Below are positions 7,842 through 18,101 of a stretch of 64,000 nt of DNA, piece after piece. The notes below the pieces were generated by a model. It was given only the letters and a program-made list of their open reading frames with translations. It made no database searches and was not told where the DNA came from. Location of the stretch: positions 4,635 through 68,634 of the forward strand of contig JBFWOK010000008.1 of NCBI GenBank assembly GCA_050250555.1, written 5' to 3'. Every line of letters begins with the position of its first letter. Position 1 is the first letter of the stretch. Made by a program: the position numbers and the translations under genes. The stretch comes from Limisphaerales bacterium. Lineage in GTDB: Bacteria > Verrucomicrobiota > Verrucomicrobiia > Limisphaerales > CAIMTB01.

Positions 7842-10718
7842 ATGGCACCTGACCCTTCGTCGAAACCGAAATCCAGCCAGGCGACAGGAAACCCGGGAAG
7901 GGCGGCTTGGATCTTGCCCGAACTCGTGCCTGGGTGGCTTCCCGTGATGCTCGGACTTCTGGCGGCGACCGGGACCCCGGCCACCGGCGCACCACAGGCA
8001 GGCAGTCCTGATTTCAACCTCGAAATCCGTCCGATTCTCGAAGGCCGTTGTTTCGAATGCCATGGGGCTCAAAAGCAGAAAGCCGACCTTCGGTTCGACC
8101 GGCGCCGTGAGGCGATCAAGGGGGGAGAATCGGGGCCCGCGTGGAAGGCGGGGCATTCCGACGAAAGCCTTCTCATCCAGTGGGTCGAAGGCCGCGATTC
8201 GGACCGGGTCATGCCTCCGAAAGGAGAACGCCTGACGGAGCGGCAGGTGAGCCTTCTGCGGGCGTGGATCGACTCGGGAGCCGACTGGCCGAAGGACGAT
8301 GCTGAGGATGCGGCGGACGAGGAGGTTCACTGGTCGTTCCGACCCGTGCGACGGCCGCCGGTTCCGAAGACCGATTCGGGGGATGTTTCGCCGATCGACG
8401 CCTTCATCGGCGACCGGCTTGCGAAGAACGGACTGACCCCCGCACCCGAGGCGTCCCGCGTCACGCTGATCCGCCGGTTGTACCTGGTGATGCTGGGCCT
8501 GCCGCCAACCCCCGAGGAGGTGAAGCTTTTCGTGGAGGATCCGGATCCCAAAGCGTTCGAGAAGTGGGTGGACCGGGTCCTGGACGATCCCCGGTATGGC
8601 GAACGATGGGGTCGACATTGGCTGGACGTGATCCGCTTCGCGGAAACGAACGGGTTCGAAACCAACCGGGAGCGGCCCAATGCTTGGCGGTTCAGGGATT
8701 ACGTCATCGACGCTTTCAACCGGGATGTGCCCTTCAATCGGTTCATTCGCGAACAGATCGCCGGCGACGCGCTGGGCGCGGACGTGGCCACGGGGTTTCT
8801 GGTGGGCGGGCCCGTCGACATCGTGGGCAGTCCGGATCCGGTTCTGACGGCTCAGCAGCGGGCCGACGAACTCGACGACATGGTGAACACGACGGGAACG
8901 GCGTTCCTGGGGCTGACCCTCGGTTGCGCCCGCTGCCACACGCACAAGTTCGATCCGATCGAACAGCGGGAGTACTACGCAATGACCGCGCTGCTGGGGG
9001 GTGTTCGACACGGGGAACGAGCCCTTGCACTCCCCGCGGAAGCCGCCGAAGAAGTCGCCCGGTTGTCGGCGAAGATCGCGGATCTCGAAGAGCGTCTCAC
9101 ACGGTTTATCCCCAAGGCGAAGACGGAGGAACGGGCCTCTGGGGCGAAGGTTCTGAGGCCGCCCGTGAATGCGCTTTCCAATGAGGAGGCGCTGGATCCC
9201 GTGGAGGCGCGGTTCGTCCGATTCACGATCCTGGCGTCGACCGGCGGAGAGCCGTGCCTCGATGAACTCGAGGTCTATTCCGGCGACCAGAACGTCGCCC
9301 TGGCGAGTGCGGGAACCCGCGCGACGGCATCCGGAACGCTGGCCGGCTTCGAGATCCATCAGTTGGCGCACCTGAACGACGGGCAGACGGGCAACAGCCG
9401 ATCCTGGATCTCCAATGAAAGTGGTCGAGGCTGGGTCCAGTTGGAGTTTCCCGAACCCAGACGCATCGGGAAGATCGTCTGGGGAAGGGACCGGAAGGGA
9501 GAATACGGGGACCGCCTCGCGACTGAGTATCGCATCGAGGTCGCTGTGGAACCGGGGGACTGGAAGCTCGTCGCGAGTTCGAAGGACAGGGAGCCTTGGG
9601 TGGGGGGGGAAAAGAAGCCGGCCGAGCCGCCGTACCGATTTGAAGGTCTGCCCGACGACGAGGCCCGGCAGGGAAAGGCGTGGCTCGCGGAGTGGGAGTC
9701 CGCGAAGGCCCGTCGGGAAGCATTGTCCAAGCCGCCCATGGTGTACGCGGGGACCTTCACCCAGCCGGGAGAGACCCACCGATTGCATCGCGGGGATCCG
9801 ATGCAGAAGCGGGAAACTGTCCTTCCAGCCACGCTTTCGATGATTCGACGAGTGGAATTGGCGGCGGGCGCATCCGACCAGGACCGGCGGCTCGCGCTCG
9901 CGAACTGGCTGGCGGACGATGCGAATCCGCTCACTCCCCGGGTGATCGTGAACCGGATCTGGCAGCATCATTTCGGCGTGGGCTGGGTCGACACACCCAA
10001 TGACTTTGGGAAGAACGGTTCCTTGCCGACCCACCCCGAGCTGCTCGACTGGATGGCCGCCGAACTGATGGAGCGAGGATGGAGCCTCAAGGCGATTCAG
10101 CGGCGGATCCTGTTGTCGGCGACCTGGCGGCAATCGAGCGCCCCCCGGCCGGAACCCGAGCGCGTCGATGCCGGCAACCGGCTGTTGTGGCGTTTTCCAC
10201 CCCGCCGCCTGGAGGCGGAAGCGGTCCGCGACGGCATTCTTCACCTGAGCGGCGCGCTCGATCCCACGCGGGGCGGCCCGAGCTTCCATCTGCTCGAGGT
10301 CGATCGCGAAAACGTCTATCACTACCATCCCAAGGACGACTTCGGGCCGGCCGAATACCGCCGCATGGTCTACTCGTACAAGGTCCGGATGGAACAGGAC
10401 GACGTCTTCGGGGCGTTCGATTGTCCGGACGGAAGCCTCGTCGTGCCGCGGCGCAGCGTTTCAACGACGGCATTGCAGGCACTGAACCTGTTCAACAGCC
10501 GGTTTGTCGTGCGGCAGGCGGAGATCCTTTCCAAACGACTGGAACGGGAGGCGGGACCCGGAATCGAGGATCAGGTTCGGCTCGTCTGGAGGCTCGCGTT
10601 CAACAGGGATCCGGGAACCGTCGAGGTCCGCGAAGCGACCGACTTTGCCGGGACCCACGGTGTGCAGGAACTGGCCCGCGCCGTCTTCAACGCGAACGAA
10701 TTCCTCTTCATCCCATGA
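7842..10718 (+). CDS. PSCyt/DUF1549/discoidin/DUF1553/PSD1 multidomain protein (planctomycete cytochrome-c-domain family)
   Basis: Haem motif 'CFECHG'. DUF1549-like '[31 protein letters not shown]...GLPPTPEEV' and '[12 protein letters not shown]'. F5/8-type-C-like segment '[22 protein letters not shown]'. The C-terminal PSD1-like tail ends '[10 protein letters not shown]'. Confidence 0.85.
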   Translation: MAPDPSSKPKSSQATGNPGRAAWILPELVPGWLPVMLGLLAATGTPATGAPQAGSPDFNLEIRPILEGRCFECHGAQKQKADLRFDRRREAIKGGESGPAWKAGHSDESLLIQWVEGRDSDRVMPPKGERLTERQVSLLRAWIDSGADWPKDDAEDAADEEVHWSFRPVRRPPVPKTDSGDVSPIDAFIGDRLAKNGLTPAPEASRVTLIRRLYLVMLGLPPTPEEVKLFVEDPDPKAFEKWVDRVLDDPRYGERWGRHWLDVIRFAETNGFETNRERPNAWRFRDYVIDAFNRDVPFNRFIREQIAGDALGADVATGFLVGGPVDIVGSPDPVLTAQQRADELDDMVNTTGTAFLGLTLGCARCHTHKFDPIEQREYYAMTALLGGVRHGERALALPAEAAEEVARLSAKIADLEERLTRFIPKAKTEERASGAKVLRPPVNALSNEEALDPVEARFVRFTILASTGGEPCLDELEVYSGDQNVALASAGTRATASGTLAGFEIHQLAHLNDGQTGNSRSWISNESGRGWVQLEFPEPRRIGKIVWGRDRKGEYGDRLATEYRIEVAVEPGDWKLVASSKDREPWVGGEKKPAEPPYRFEGLPDDEARQGKAWLAEWESAKARREALSKPPMVYAGTFTQPGETHRLHRGDPMQKRETVLPATLSMIRRVELAAGASDQDRRLALANWLADDANPLTPRVIVNRIWQHHFGVGWVDTPNDFGKNGSLPTHPELLDWMAAELMERGWSLKAIQRRILLSATWRQSSAPRPEPERVDAGNRLLWRFPPRRLEAEAVRDGILHLSGALDPTRGGPSFHLLEVDRENVYHYHPKDDFGPAEYRRMVYSYKVRMEQDDVFGAFDCPDGSLVVPRRSVSTTALQALNLFNSRFVVRQAEILSKRLEREAGPGIEDQVRLVWRLAFNRDPGTVEVREATDFAGTHGVQELARAVFNANEFLFIP

Positions 10719-12226
10719 CCTTGCCGAAGCTCGGACTGCCCCTGGCCGGAAATCCCCTGCTGGATCGACGTCGGTTCCTCTCCGACGCCGGCGTGGGTCT
10801 CGGGGCCATCGCGCTGACCCACCTTCTCGGTCGTCAGGGACTTCTGGCCGCCAGCGTTTCAGGCCTGGACCCGATCAGGCCGGTCATCGATCCCGCCCGG
10901 CCGTTCGCTTCCCGACCCACCCATTTCCCGGCGCGCGCGAAGAACGTTCTGGTCATCTTCTGCAGCGGCGCGTGCAGCCATCTCGACACGTTCGACCACA
11001 AGCCCGAATTGATCCGTCGCCACGGCCAACCCATGCCGGGCAGCGAAAAGCTCATCACGTTCCAGGGCGAACAGGGTACCCTCCAGCGCAGCCCGTGGGA
11101 GTTCCGACCGCGGGGACAATGCGGCAAGTACGTTTCCGATCTGGTTCCGCACCTCGGCGACTGCGTCGACGACCTCTGCTTCATCCATTCGATGCAGGGG
11201 AAGACCAACACCCACGGGCCGGGCGAGAATTTCATGTCGACGGGCGCGACCCTCGACGGATTCCCGAGCCTCGGATCGTGGACCACCTATGCCCTGGGGA
11301 CGTCCGACCAGAGTCTGCCGGCCTATGTCGCGATTCCCGACCCCCGGGGAAAGCCGCAGAACAGCGTCAACAACTGGGGTCCTGGATTCCTGCCGGCGGC
11401 TTACCAGGGAACGGCGTTCAACGCGGCGAGCCCGATCCGGAATCTGGCCCGGCCTTCCGGGGTCTCGCCGCGGGGGGATCAGGCCACTCGCGAATTCCTC
11501 CATCGCCTGAACGACCGTCACCTCGAGCGGTTTCCGGGGGACACCGAACTCGCGGCGCGCATCGCGAGCTACGAACTCGCGGCCCGCATGCAACTCAGCG
11601 TGCCCGAGGTCGCCGATCTCTCGGATGAACCGGAGCACATCCTCAGGCTCTATGGAGCCGACGAATCGGGAACGAAGATCAAGGACCTGAGGGCGGCCTA
11701 CGCTCGAAACTGCATCCTCGCCCGGCGGCTGGTCGAGAAGGGCGTCCGCTTCGTTCAGTTGTTCAATGGCGCCTATCAGACCGGCGGGGAAGGGGTCAGC
11801 AACTGGGACGGCCACAAGGATCTCGCCGGCCAGTACAGCGTCCATGGGCCCGTCCTCGACAAACCGACCGCCGGCTTGCTCCGTGACCTGAAGCAGAGGG
11901 GATTGCTCGAAAACACGCTCGTCGTCTGGTGCACCGAGTTCGGGCGAATGCCGACCTTTCAAAAGGGGGCACAGGGTAGGGACCACAATCCGAAGGGATT
12001 CACGTGTTGGCTCGCCGGGGCGGGTGTCCGGGCGCCGTTCAGCTACGGAGCCACCGACGAATTCGGCTACCAGTCCGTGATCGATGTCGCGACGGTGTAC
12101 GATTTCCACGCGACCATCCTTCATCTGCTGGGCCTCGACCACGAACGCCTGACCTTCTACCACAACGGCCTCGAACGCCGCCTGACCGACGTGCACGGAA
12201 CCGTGATCCGCCCCGTCCTCGCGTAA
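10715..12226 (+). CDS. DUF1501 (sulfatase-like) protein with a Tat-type signal
   Basis: The ATG at 10715 overlaps the upstream stop (ATGA). '[17 protein letters not shown]' is a twin-arginine leader. '[12 protein letters not shown]', 'GRDHNPKGF' and 'DVHGTVI' are typical of DUF1501 partners of DUF1549/DUF1553 genes. Confidence 0.85.
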   Translation: MTLPKLGLPLAGNPLLDRRRFLSDAGVGLGAIALTHLLGRQGLLAASVSGLDPIRPVIDPARPFASRPTHFPARAKNVLVIFCSGACSHLDTFDHKPELIRRHGQPMPGSEKLITFQGEQGTLQRSPWEFRPRGQCGKYVSDLVPHLGDCVDDLCFIHSMQGKTNTHGPGENFMSTGATLDGFPSLGSWTTYALGTSDQSLPAYVAIPDPRGKPQNSVNNWGPGFLPAAYQGTAFNAASPIRNLARPSGVSPRGDQATREFLHRLNDRHLERFPGDTELAARIASYELAARMQLSVPEVADLSDEPEHILRLYGADESGTKIKDLRAAYARNCILARRLVEKGVRFVQLFNGAYQTGGEGVSNWDGHKDLAGQYSVHGPVLDKPTAGLLRDLKQRGLLENTLVVWCTEFGRMPTFQKGAQGRDHNPKGFTCWLAGAGVRAPFSYGATDEFGYQSVIDVATVYDFHATILHLLGLDHERLTFYHNGLERRLTDVHGTVIRPVLA

Positions 12227-12229
12227 CCT

Positions 12230-12320
12230 AAGGGGTCAGTTCTTGTTAATGTCGCATTGCACTTTGGGGATTCGCCGCGGTCGGGCTAGGAGAGTTGTCA
12301 AAAACAAGAACTGACCCCTT
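12230..12320. repeat. 91-bp element with 18-bp perfect terminal inverted repeats (possible bidirectional terminator or MITE)
   Basis: 'aaggggtcagttcttgtt' (12230-12247) pairs with 'aacaagaactgacccctt' (12303-12320), with a 55-nt spacer. It lies between convergent genes. A solo half-site 'aacaagaactgacccc' recurs at 17050-17065. Confidence 0.7.
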
Positions 12321-12327
12321 GGTGACG

Positions 12328-13251
12328 TCATGCGGTGGCGCGATCGAGCGCCAGGAGGGCCTGCGCCGCCGAGGCGATTGCCGGACGATCGGCGGCCCTG
12401 ACGCACGAAAGCAGGGGGAGCAACGGCCCTGTCCTGGCGATGCCCGCGGCGTCCACCGCTTCGTGGAGGACGCGGATCGGGTGGATGGCGTTTCTGAGGT
12501 CTTCAAGGGGCGAGAAGAGGGCCCGAATGCGTTCGGCTTCCTCCCAGTCGGCGCGTCCCATCGCGGCGAGCATCCGCTGGGACAACCTCGGCGCCACACA
12601 CACGCAGCCGCTGGTGAATCCACCGAGGCCGAAGTCGCGAAGGTGCGCGATCGCGGGTTGTTCGCCGATGCCGCTGATGATCTTGAGCGGATCGACGACC
12701 GCGACCAGCTGGCGGAGGTAATCGTCGTGAACCGGATTCGCGCGCACGGTGGCGTACTTGACGGCGCTCACGAGACCGTCGCGGTCCAGGGCCGCGACAT
12801 CGGCGGGTTCGATGAATCCGTCGTGCTTGATGTAGACGAGCGCGGGCAAACCGGCGGTTTCGACGAAACGGCGAATGGCGGTGGCCACGCCGGCGCTCGT
12901 GGTGACGCCTTGTTGCGGTAGCACCATCACCGTGGGAAATCGGAATTGCCGGACGATCTTCGCCTGCTCCATCAGCGTGGCGTAGGTCGGACCGGCGGAC
13001 GGGATGACGAGGGTCGAGTCGGCGACGGCGGACGCCAGGTAGGCGAGCGTGGATTCGAATTCCGCGAGGGGCAGATGATAGAAATTGGCGTTCCCACCAT
13101 AGAGGAGCAGCGAGATGCCGCCGGACTCGAGGTGACGGATCAGGCGGCGGTTCTCGTCCGGATTCACGGTTTCATCCGAACTCCGAGCCAGGGGCGGAAC
13201 GGCCATGACGGAACGGAGGAGGTGATCGCGGGAAAGTGGTTGGGTGATCAT
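12328..13251 (-). CDS. Dihydrodipicolinate synthase/N-acetylneuraminate lyase family aldolase (probable 2-keto-3-deoxy-sugar-acid aldolase)
   Basis: Length and overall pattern fit the DHDPS family ('VPPLARSSDETVNPDENRRLIRHLESGGISLLLYGGNANFYHL'). It sits next to an IlvD/Edd dehydratase and a GntP permease. Confidence 0.6.
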   Translation of the reverse strand: MITQPLSRDHLLRSVMAVPPLARSSDETVNPDENRRLIRHLESGGISLLLYGGNANFYHLPLAEFESTLAYLASAVADSTLVIPSAGPTYATLMEQAKIVRQFRFPTVMVLPQQGVTTSAGVATAIRRFVETAGLPALVYIKHDGFIEPADVAALDRDGLVSAVKYATVRANPVHDDYLRQLVAVVDPLKIISGIGEQPAIAHLRDFGLGGFTSGCVCVAPRLSQRMLAAMGRADWEEAERIRALFSPLEDLRNAIHPIRVLHEAVDAAGIARTGPLLPLLSCVRAADRPAIASAAQALLALDRATA

Positions 13252-13291
13252 GGGTGGGAGGGTTTTCCAAAAATTTGGACACGCTTAGGGA

Positions 13292-13401
13292 CCATGAACC
13301 CGAGGGCATCACACGGAGGCGCGGAGGCACGGAGGGGGAGGGAATCCCTCCTCTTATCTCCGTGTCTCAGTGTCTCCGTGAGAGAATCCAGGTTCATGGA
13401 G
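13292..13401. repeat. Type-A REP-like hairpin element (short form)
   Basis: 'ccatgaacccgagggcatcacacggaggcgcggaggcacggag...ctccgtgtctcagtgtctccgtgagagaatccaggttcatgg'. It is preceded by a 'ggttttccaaaaatttggacac' module, which recurs inverted at about 44485-44505. Confidence 0.85.
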
Positions 13402-13406
13402 GGCAG

Positions 13407-15131
13407 TCAGTGGATGGCGGGTTCGGGAATCGCGTCGCCTCGGTGGAGGAAGCGAAAGTCGCAGCCTTCGTGGGCCTGGGTGGTCTGCTGAAGGAAGAGG
13501 TGACCGTAGCCGCGCGAATAATGCGGACAGGGCGCCTTCCATTCGGAACGGCGTCGATGGAGTTCGGCGTCCGGGACGTCCAGGTGAAGCCGACGGCCGG
13601 CCACGTCGAGTTCGACGAAATCGCCGTCGCGGACGAGGGCGATGGGGCCACCGACCGCCGATTCCGGTGAGACATGAAGCACGCAGGTGCCGTAGCTGGT
13701 TCCCGACATGCGGGCGTCGGAGATCCGGACCATGTCGCGGACGCCCTGTTTCAAGAGCTTCTTGGGGATCGGGAGCATTCCCCATTCGGGCATGCCCGGC
13801 GCACCCACGGGCCCACCGCTCAGGAGAACGAGCACGTGGTCCGGCGTGACCTCCAGATCGGGATCGTCGAGGCGTCGCTTCAGGTCGGAGTAGTCCTGAA
13901 AGACAATCGCGGGCCCTCGGTGCTGGAGGAGCCGGGGATCCGCCGCCGTCGGTTTGATAACGCAACCGTCGGGCGCCAGGTTCCCGCGAAGGACGAACGT
14001 GCCGCCGGCTTGGGCCAGGGGTTGGTCCGGGGGCCGGATGACCCGGGGATCCACCACTTGGGCCGAGGCAATGTTCTCGCCGAGGGTGCATCCATTCACG
14101 GTCGGTCGATCCAATCGAAGGTGGTCTTTGAGAAGCGACAGCAGCGCGGGAACGCCACCCGCGTCGTGGAAGTCCTCCATCAGGAACTCGCCGGCGGGCC
14201 GTAGGTTCGCAAGGACCGGCACCCGGCGCGAAAGCGCGTCGAAACGATCGAGCGTGAGCGGAACTCCGGCGCGGCGCGCGAGCGCGATGAGATGAACGAT
14301 GGCGTTGGTGGAGCCGCACAGGGCCATGTCGGCAACGATGGCGTTGTCGAAAGAATCGGCGTTGAGCAGGCGCGAAGGCCTCAGGTCCTCCCGGACCATG
14401 CCCACGATGCGCATGCCGCACGCAGCCGCCATGCGGGCGTGGGCCGAGTGGACCGCGGGAATCGTCGAAGCGCCGGGAAGGGTGAGTCCGAGGGCCTCGG
14501 TCACTGCCGCCAGGGTGGAGGCCGTTCCCATGGTCATGCAGGTTCCTGGGGAACGCGCGATGCCTTCCTCGATCTCGCGCCATTCGCAGTCGCCGAGGCA
14601 GCCGGCCTGGCGTTCGGCCCAGTACTTCCAGACATCGGTGCCGCTGCCAAGCCGGACATCGCGCCAACGGCCGGCCAGCATCGGTCCGGCGGGCAGGAAG
14701 ATTGAGGGGAGATCCATGGTGATCGCCCCCATCAGCAGGCCTGGAACCGTCTTGTCGCAACCGCCCATGAGGACCGCGCCGTCGATCGGATGACAGCGCA
14801 GCACCTCTTCGGTCTCCATCGCGAGCAGGTTGCGATAGAACATCGCCGTCGGCTTCATGAACATTTCCGACAGCGCCATCACCGGGATCTCGACCGGAAA
14901 GCCGCCCGCCTGCCACACGCCGCGTTTCACGTCGGCGGCGCGTTCCCGGAAGTGGGTGTGACACTGGTTGAGGTCGCTCCAGGTGTTCAGGATGCCGATC
15001 ACCGGTTTGCCCGCGGTCTCGGCCTCGCCGTAGCCCATCTGCCGCAGGCGGCTGCGATGGCCGAAGCTCCGAAGGTCGTCCGGACCGAACCAACGTTGGG
15101 ATCGGAGCGAAGGCGAGTCGTTCGGATTCAT
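13407..15131 (-). CDS. IlvD/Edd-family dehydratase (sugar-acid dehydratase type)
   Basis: 'LRSQRWFG...FGHRSRLRQMGY...GKPVIGILNTWSDLNQCHTHF', 'GGCDKTVPG', 'TCMTMGTASTL' and 'ALCGSTNAIVHL' match conserved IlvD/Edd blocks. Confidence 0.85.
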   Translation of the reverse strand: MNPNDSPSLRSQRWFGPDDLRSFGHRSRLRQMGYGEAETAGKPVIGILNTWSDLNQCHTHFRERAADVKRGVWQAGGFPVEIPVMALSEMFMKPTAMFYRNLLAMETEEVLRCHPIDGAVLMGGCDKTVPGLLMGAITMDLPSIFLPAGPMLAGRWRDVRLGSGTDVWKYWAERQAGCLGDCEWREIEEGIARSPGTCMTMGTASTLAAVTEALGLTLPGASTIPAVHSAHARMAAACGMRIVGMVREDLRPSRLLNADSFDNAIVADMALCGSTNAIVHLIALARRAGVPLTLDRFDALSRRVPVLANLRPAGEFLMEDFHDAGGVPALLSLLKDHLRLDRPTVNGCTLGENIASAQVVDPRVIRPPDQPLAQAGGTFVLRGNLAPDGCVIKPTAADPRLLQHRGPAIVFQDYSDLKRRLDDPDLEVTPDHVLVLLSGGPVGAPGMPEWGMLPIPKKLLKQGVRDMVRISDARMSGTSYGTCVLHVSPESAVGGPIALVRDGDFVELDVAGRRLHLDVPDAELHRRRSEWKAPCPHYSRGYGHLFLQQTTQAHEGCDFRFLHRGDAIPEPAIH

Positions 15132-15200
15132 CAGGGTCGCAGGTGCGGCATCGATCCTGTACGGTCCTCCCGCACCCCCGCAACCGGCGAAAACAGAACC

Positions 15201-16901
15201 ATGAGTCCCCTCGTCATCCTGATCATCGCCCTAACCGTAGTGATCGGGGGCGTCCTGTTCCTGCGCCTCCACGCGTTTCTGGTCCTGATCGTCGGGGCCC
15301 TGGTGGTGGGCGCGCTGACACCGACGGCCGCCATCCGCCGGTTCGAACTCGGCAAGGCGGAGATCCGGATCGAATCGGTCGCGGCGGACGGTCGGACGGG
15401 ACAGGTCTCCGATCGGAAGCGGCAGGTGGCGGATGGCTCCCGAATGCTGGCTTATCGCATCGAGGCCGGAGGCGAACCCAAGCGGATCGGGGAAGTCGGC
15501 GTCGTCGTGTCGGTTGGAGCGGGGTCGGCGGGGCGGCGGGTGGAAGCGGAATTGATCGGACGGGAGGGGGAGGAATCTCTGCGGTCTGGGGACTATCTGG
15601 TGACCGCCGGAGCGGTTGGAGCGGCCGAGAAGATCGCGGGCCAGGCCCTGGGACAGCGGGTTGCGGAAGGTTTCGGTCGGACCGCGCTGAACATCGGCAT
15701 TCTGATCGCGATGGCATCGATCCTGGGAACCTGCCTGATGGCCGCGCGGGGGGCGGAGCGGATCGTTGTTTCCCTCCAGAACGCGATCGGTGTCCACCGG
15801 ACTCCCCTGGCTTTCCTGGGAAGCGGTTTCCTCCTGGGCATTCCCATGTTCGCCGAGGCGGTTTTCTACCTGCTCCTTCCCCTGGCCAAGGCGATGTGGG
15901 CCAAGACCCGAAGTCACTACGTCCTCTATGTGCTGGCCATCGTTGCGGGAGCGACCATGACCCATTCCCTGATCCCGCCCACTCCGGGTCCGCTCTTCGT
16001 GGCCAATGAACTCGGCGTGGGACTTTCCGTGATGATGCTGCAGGGAGCGATCGTGGGCGGAATCGCCGCGCTGTCGGGTTACGGCTACGCCGTGTGGGCC
16101 GATCGACGCTGGAGCATTCCCCTGCGGGACCCCGCCGTGGTCGAGGCCGTCCAAGCGGACGGCGGGAACGCCAAGGCTTCCCCCGCGAAGTCCGGACGGT
16201 CCACGGAACGGGCGGGCTTGCCGCCGCTGATCCCGTCCCTTTTGCCGGTCCTTTTGCCTGTCGTCCTCATCAGCGCCGCATCGATCCTCGAATCGAACCC
16301 CGGCGTGGGCCTGCCGGGATGGTTGCGGTCCGCGATCGAAGTCCTCGGCGACAAGAATCTCGCGCTCACGGTGTCGGCTGGGATGGCGATCCTTCTGTTG
16401 GCAGTTCGTCAGCGAAACAATCCGGAGGGAACGCGAAAGGCGATCCGATCGGCGATCGTCGAGGGGGGTGAGATCATTCTCGTGATCGCGGCGGGGGGTG
16501 CCTTGGGTCACACCTTGAGGCAGGCTGGGATGGCGGAACTGGCAAGCGCGGCGGTGCCGGCGTGGAAACTGGCGCTGTTGCCGATGGCCTGGGGCATCAC
16601 GGCCGTGATCCGGATCGCGCAGGGATCGGCGACCGTGGCGATGATCACGGCCGTCGGGATTGTGGGACCCTTCGCGGTTTCGGCCGGGCTCGGGTATCAC
16701 CCGGTGTACCTGGCCGTGGCGATCGGCTGCGGTTCGAAGATCGGGATGTGGATGAACGACAGCGGATTCTGGGTGATCTCGAAGATGAGCGGCATGACCG
16801 AAGCGGAGACGCTCAAGACGGCATCGGCGATGGTGTTCATCGAAGGCACCGTGGGCCTGGCGGCCACGATGATGCTCGCCTCGGTCTGGCCGATGACCTG
16901 A
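15201..16901 (+). CDS. GntP-family (gluconate/sugar-acid:H+) permease with an inserted soluble segment
   Basis: Starts at the ATG at 15201 ('MSPLVILIIALTVVIGGVLFL'). Many TM helices and GntP-like blocks ('GFLLGIPMFAEAVFYLLLPLA', 'AIGCGSKIGMWMNDSGFWVISKMSG'). A non-hydrophobic insertion of roughly 100 aa follows TM2. Confidence 0.7.
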   Translation: MSPLVILIIALTVVIGGVLFLRLHAFLVLIVGALVVGALTPTAAIRRFELGKAEIRIESVAADGRTGQVSDRKRQVADGSRMLAYRIEAGGEPKRIGEVGVVVSVGAGSAGRRVEAELIGREGEESLRSGDYLVTAGAVGAAEKIAGQALGQRVAEGFGRTALNIGILIAMASILGTCLMAARGAERIVVSLQNAIGVHRTPLAFLGSGFLLGIPMFAEAVFYLLLPLAKAMWAKTRSHYVLYVLAIVAGATMTHSLIPPTPGPLFVANELGVGLSVMMLQGAIVGGIAALSGYGYAVWADRRWSIPLRDPAVVEAVQADGGNAKASPAKSGRSTERAGLPPLIPSLLPVLLPVVLISAASILESNPGVGLPGWLRSAIEVLGDKNLALTVSAGMAILLLAVRQRNNPEGTRKAIRSAIVEGGEIILVIAAGGALGHTLRQAGMAELASAAVPAWKLALLPMAWGITAVIRIAQGSATVAMITAVGIVGPFAVSAGLGYHPVYLAVAIGCGSKIGMWMNDSGFWVISKMSGMTEAETLKTASAMVFIEGTVGLAATMMLASVWPMT

Positions 16902-17314
16902 GTTCCGCGGGCGAGGCTCACCCCGCCAAAAACCAGCCGGTCCGCCGGGGTTGGTTCCTGGGAGAGGAGACCCTCCGCGCGGAGTTACCGGGGCGGATGA
17001 GCGGTTGCATCTGCGCCTGTGGCGCGCGCGGAGGAGTCCAAGCGACAATAACAAGAACTGACCCCATTATGGGCGGCAGGATTTTCATTTAGAGCTTTCA
17101 CCCAATCGGGGAATCGCGTAATGAACCGCATAAGTTCAGGAGAGGATTGGGGGATCCACAGCCGGGTGTGAGCGCGTCGGGTTCGACGTGGTCTCGAACT
17201 TGGTCTTCCCCGTTCGCTGGCATTCAAGGAAGAGGCCATGCCGATGTCGATGTCGATACCTGGAAAACTAAGGAAGGGGCCTAGGCGCATTCTCCCAGGC
17301 GAATCTCATGGGGA

Positions 17315-17455
17315 GCATCAACGAGTTGCGACTCGCGCGTTGGATCCATGAACCCGAGAGGCATCACACGGAGGCGCGGAGGCACGGAGGGGGACGGAAT
17401 CCGACTTCGGATCTCCGTGTCTCAGTGCCTCCGTGAGAGAATCAGGATTCATGGA
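17315..17455. repeat. Type-A REP-like hairpin element (full form) immediately upstream of the eCIS locus
   Basis: Near-identical to the 6141-6180 leader plus the 6030-6138 hairpin: 'atcaacgagttgcgactcgcgcgttggatccatgaacccgagaggcatcacacggaggcgcggaggcacggag...ctccgtgtctcagtgcctccgtgagagaatcaggattcatgg'. Confidence 0.9.
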
Positions 17456-17504
17456 GAGGTTCGCCCAGGGACGGGGGAGTTGACCGCGAACACGGATTGT
17501 CGCC

Positions 17505-18101
17505 ATGGCTGATTTCGCGGGCATCGCAGCGGCGGGGCGGAGCATCGAACGGCTCCTGACCCATTGCTTTGGCGAGGAAGAGCCGGTGGCCGGAAGTCGA
17601 ACCCGCGCTGTGCTCATCCGGACCGCGGACCTGGAACCGACCGCGATCGCGACGTCGATCGGAACCCCGGCGCTTTCGGTTTTCATCTATCGCGTGGATT
17701 TCAATCAGACCATGCGCGCGGCGTGGTCGGCGGTCGCCAGCCAGGATGGAAGGCCTCGCCTGCCCGTGGACCTGCACTTCCTGATCACGCCGTGGGCCAC
17801 GAACGCGGAGCACGAACTCCGCATTCTCGGAAAAGCGATGGAATGTCTCGAGGCCCATCCGGTCCTCAGCGGGCCGCGATTGGATCCGTCGGCGAACTGG
17901 GCGACGAACGAGTCGGTGCAGATCGTGATGGAAGAGATCTCGACCGAGGCGGTGATGAGGACTTTCGACTCGTTGCCAGCCGACTATCGGTTGAGCGTGC
18001 CGTATCTCGCCCGGGTTGTGCGTATCGATGCGCGACGCGCGACACCGGACGGGCCCGTGCTCACGGCGGCGATGGGCGTCACGCCCCGGGCAACCCCATG
18101 A
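17505..18101 (+). CDS. DUF4255 (Pvc16/Afp16-like) tail terminator/cap protein of the contractile injection system
   Basis: 'IERLLTHCF...', 'PALSVFIYRVDFNQTMR' and 'LDLHFLITPWA...ELRILGKAMECL' follow the DUF4255 pattern. It is the first gene of a phage-tail-like array. Confidence 0.75.
   Translation: MADFAGIAAAGRSIERLLTHCFGEEEPVAGSRTRAVLIRTADLEPTAIATSIGTPALSVFIYRVDFNQTMRAAWSAVASQDGRPRLPVDLHFLITPWATNAEHELRILGKAMECLEAHPVLSGPRLDPSANWATNESVQIVMEEISTEAVMRTFDSLPADYRLSVPYLARVVRIDARRATPDGPVLTAAMGVTPRATP

Noticed and set aside
6741-10328. A 1195-aa ORF on the minus strand, antisense to the PSD1/DUF1549/DUF1553 gene. Similar very long shadow ORFs lie at 900-2201(+), 2933-5008(+), 13354-15183(-), 15231-17054(-), 21673-23550(-), 23973-26159(-), 36874-39429(-) and 10859-12196(-).
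   Set aside because: Their translations are R/P/G-rich low-complexity sequence with no motifs. They fully overlap ORFs that have clear family signatures. Long stop-free antisense or off-frame ORFs are an expected artefact of high-GC DNA.
16985-17290. A 101-aa minus-strand ORF in the 600-nt gap between the GntP gene and the eCIS locus.
   Set aside because: It has no start context or family resemblance, and the translation is R/S/P-rich. The region looks non-coding (repeat half-site, lower-GC stretch, REP copy) and more probably holds regulatory DNA.
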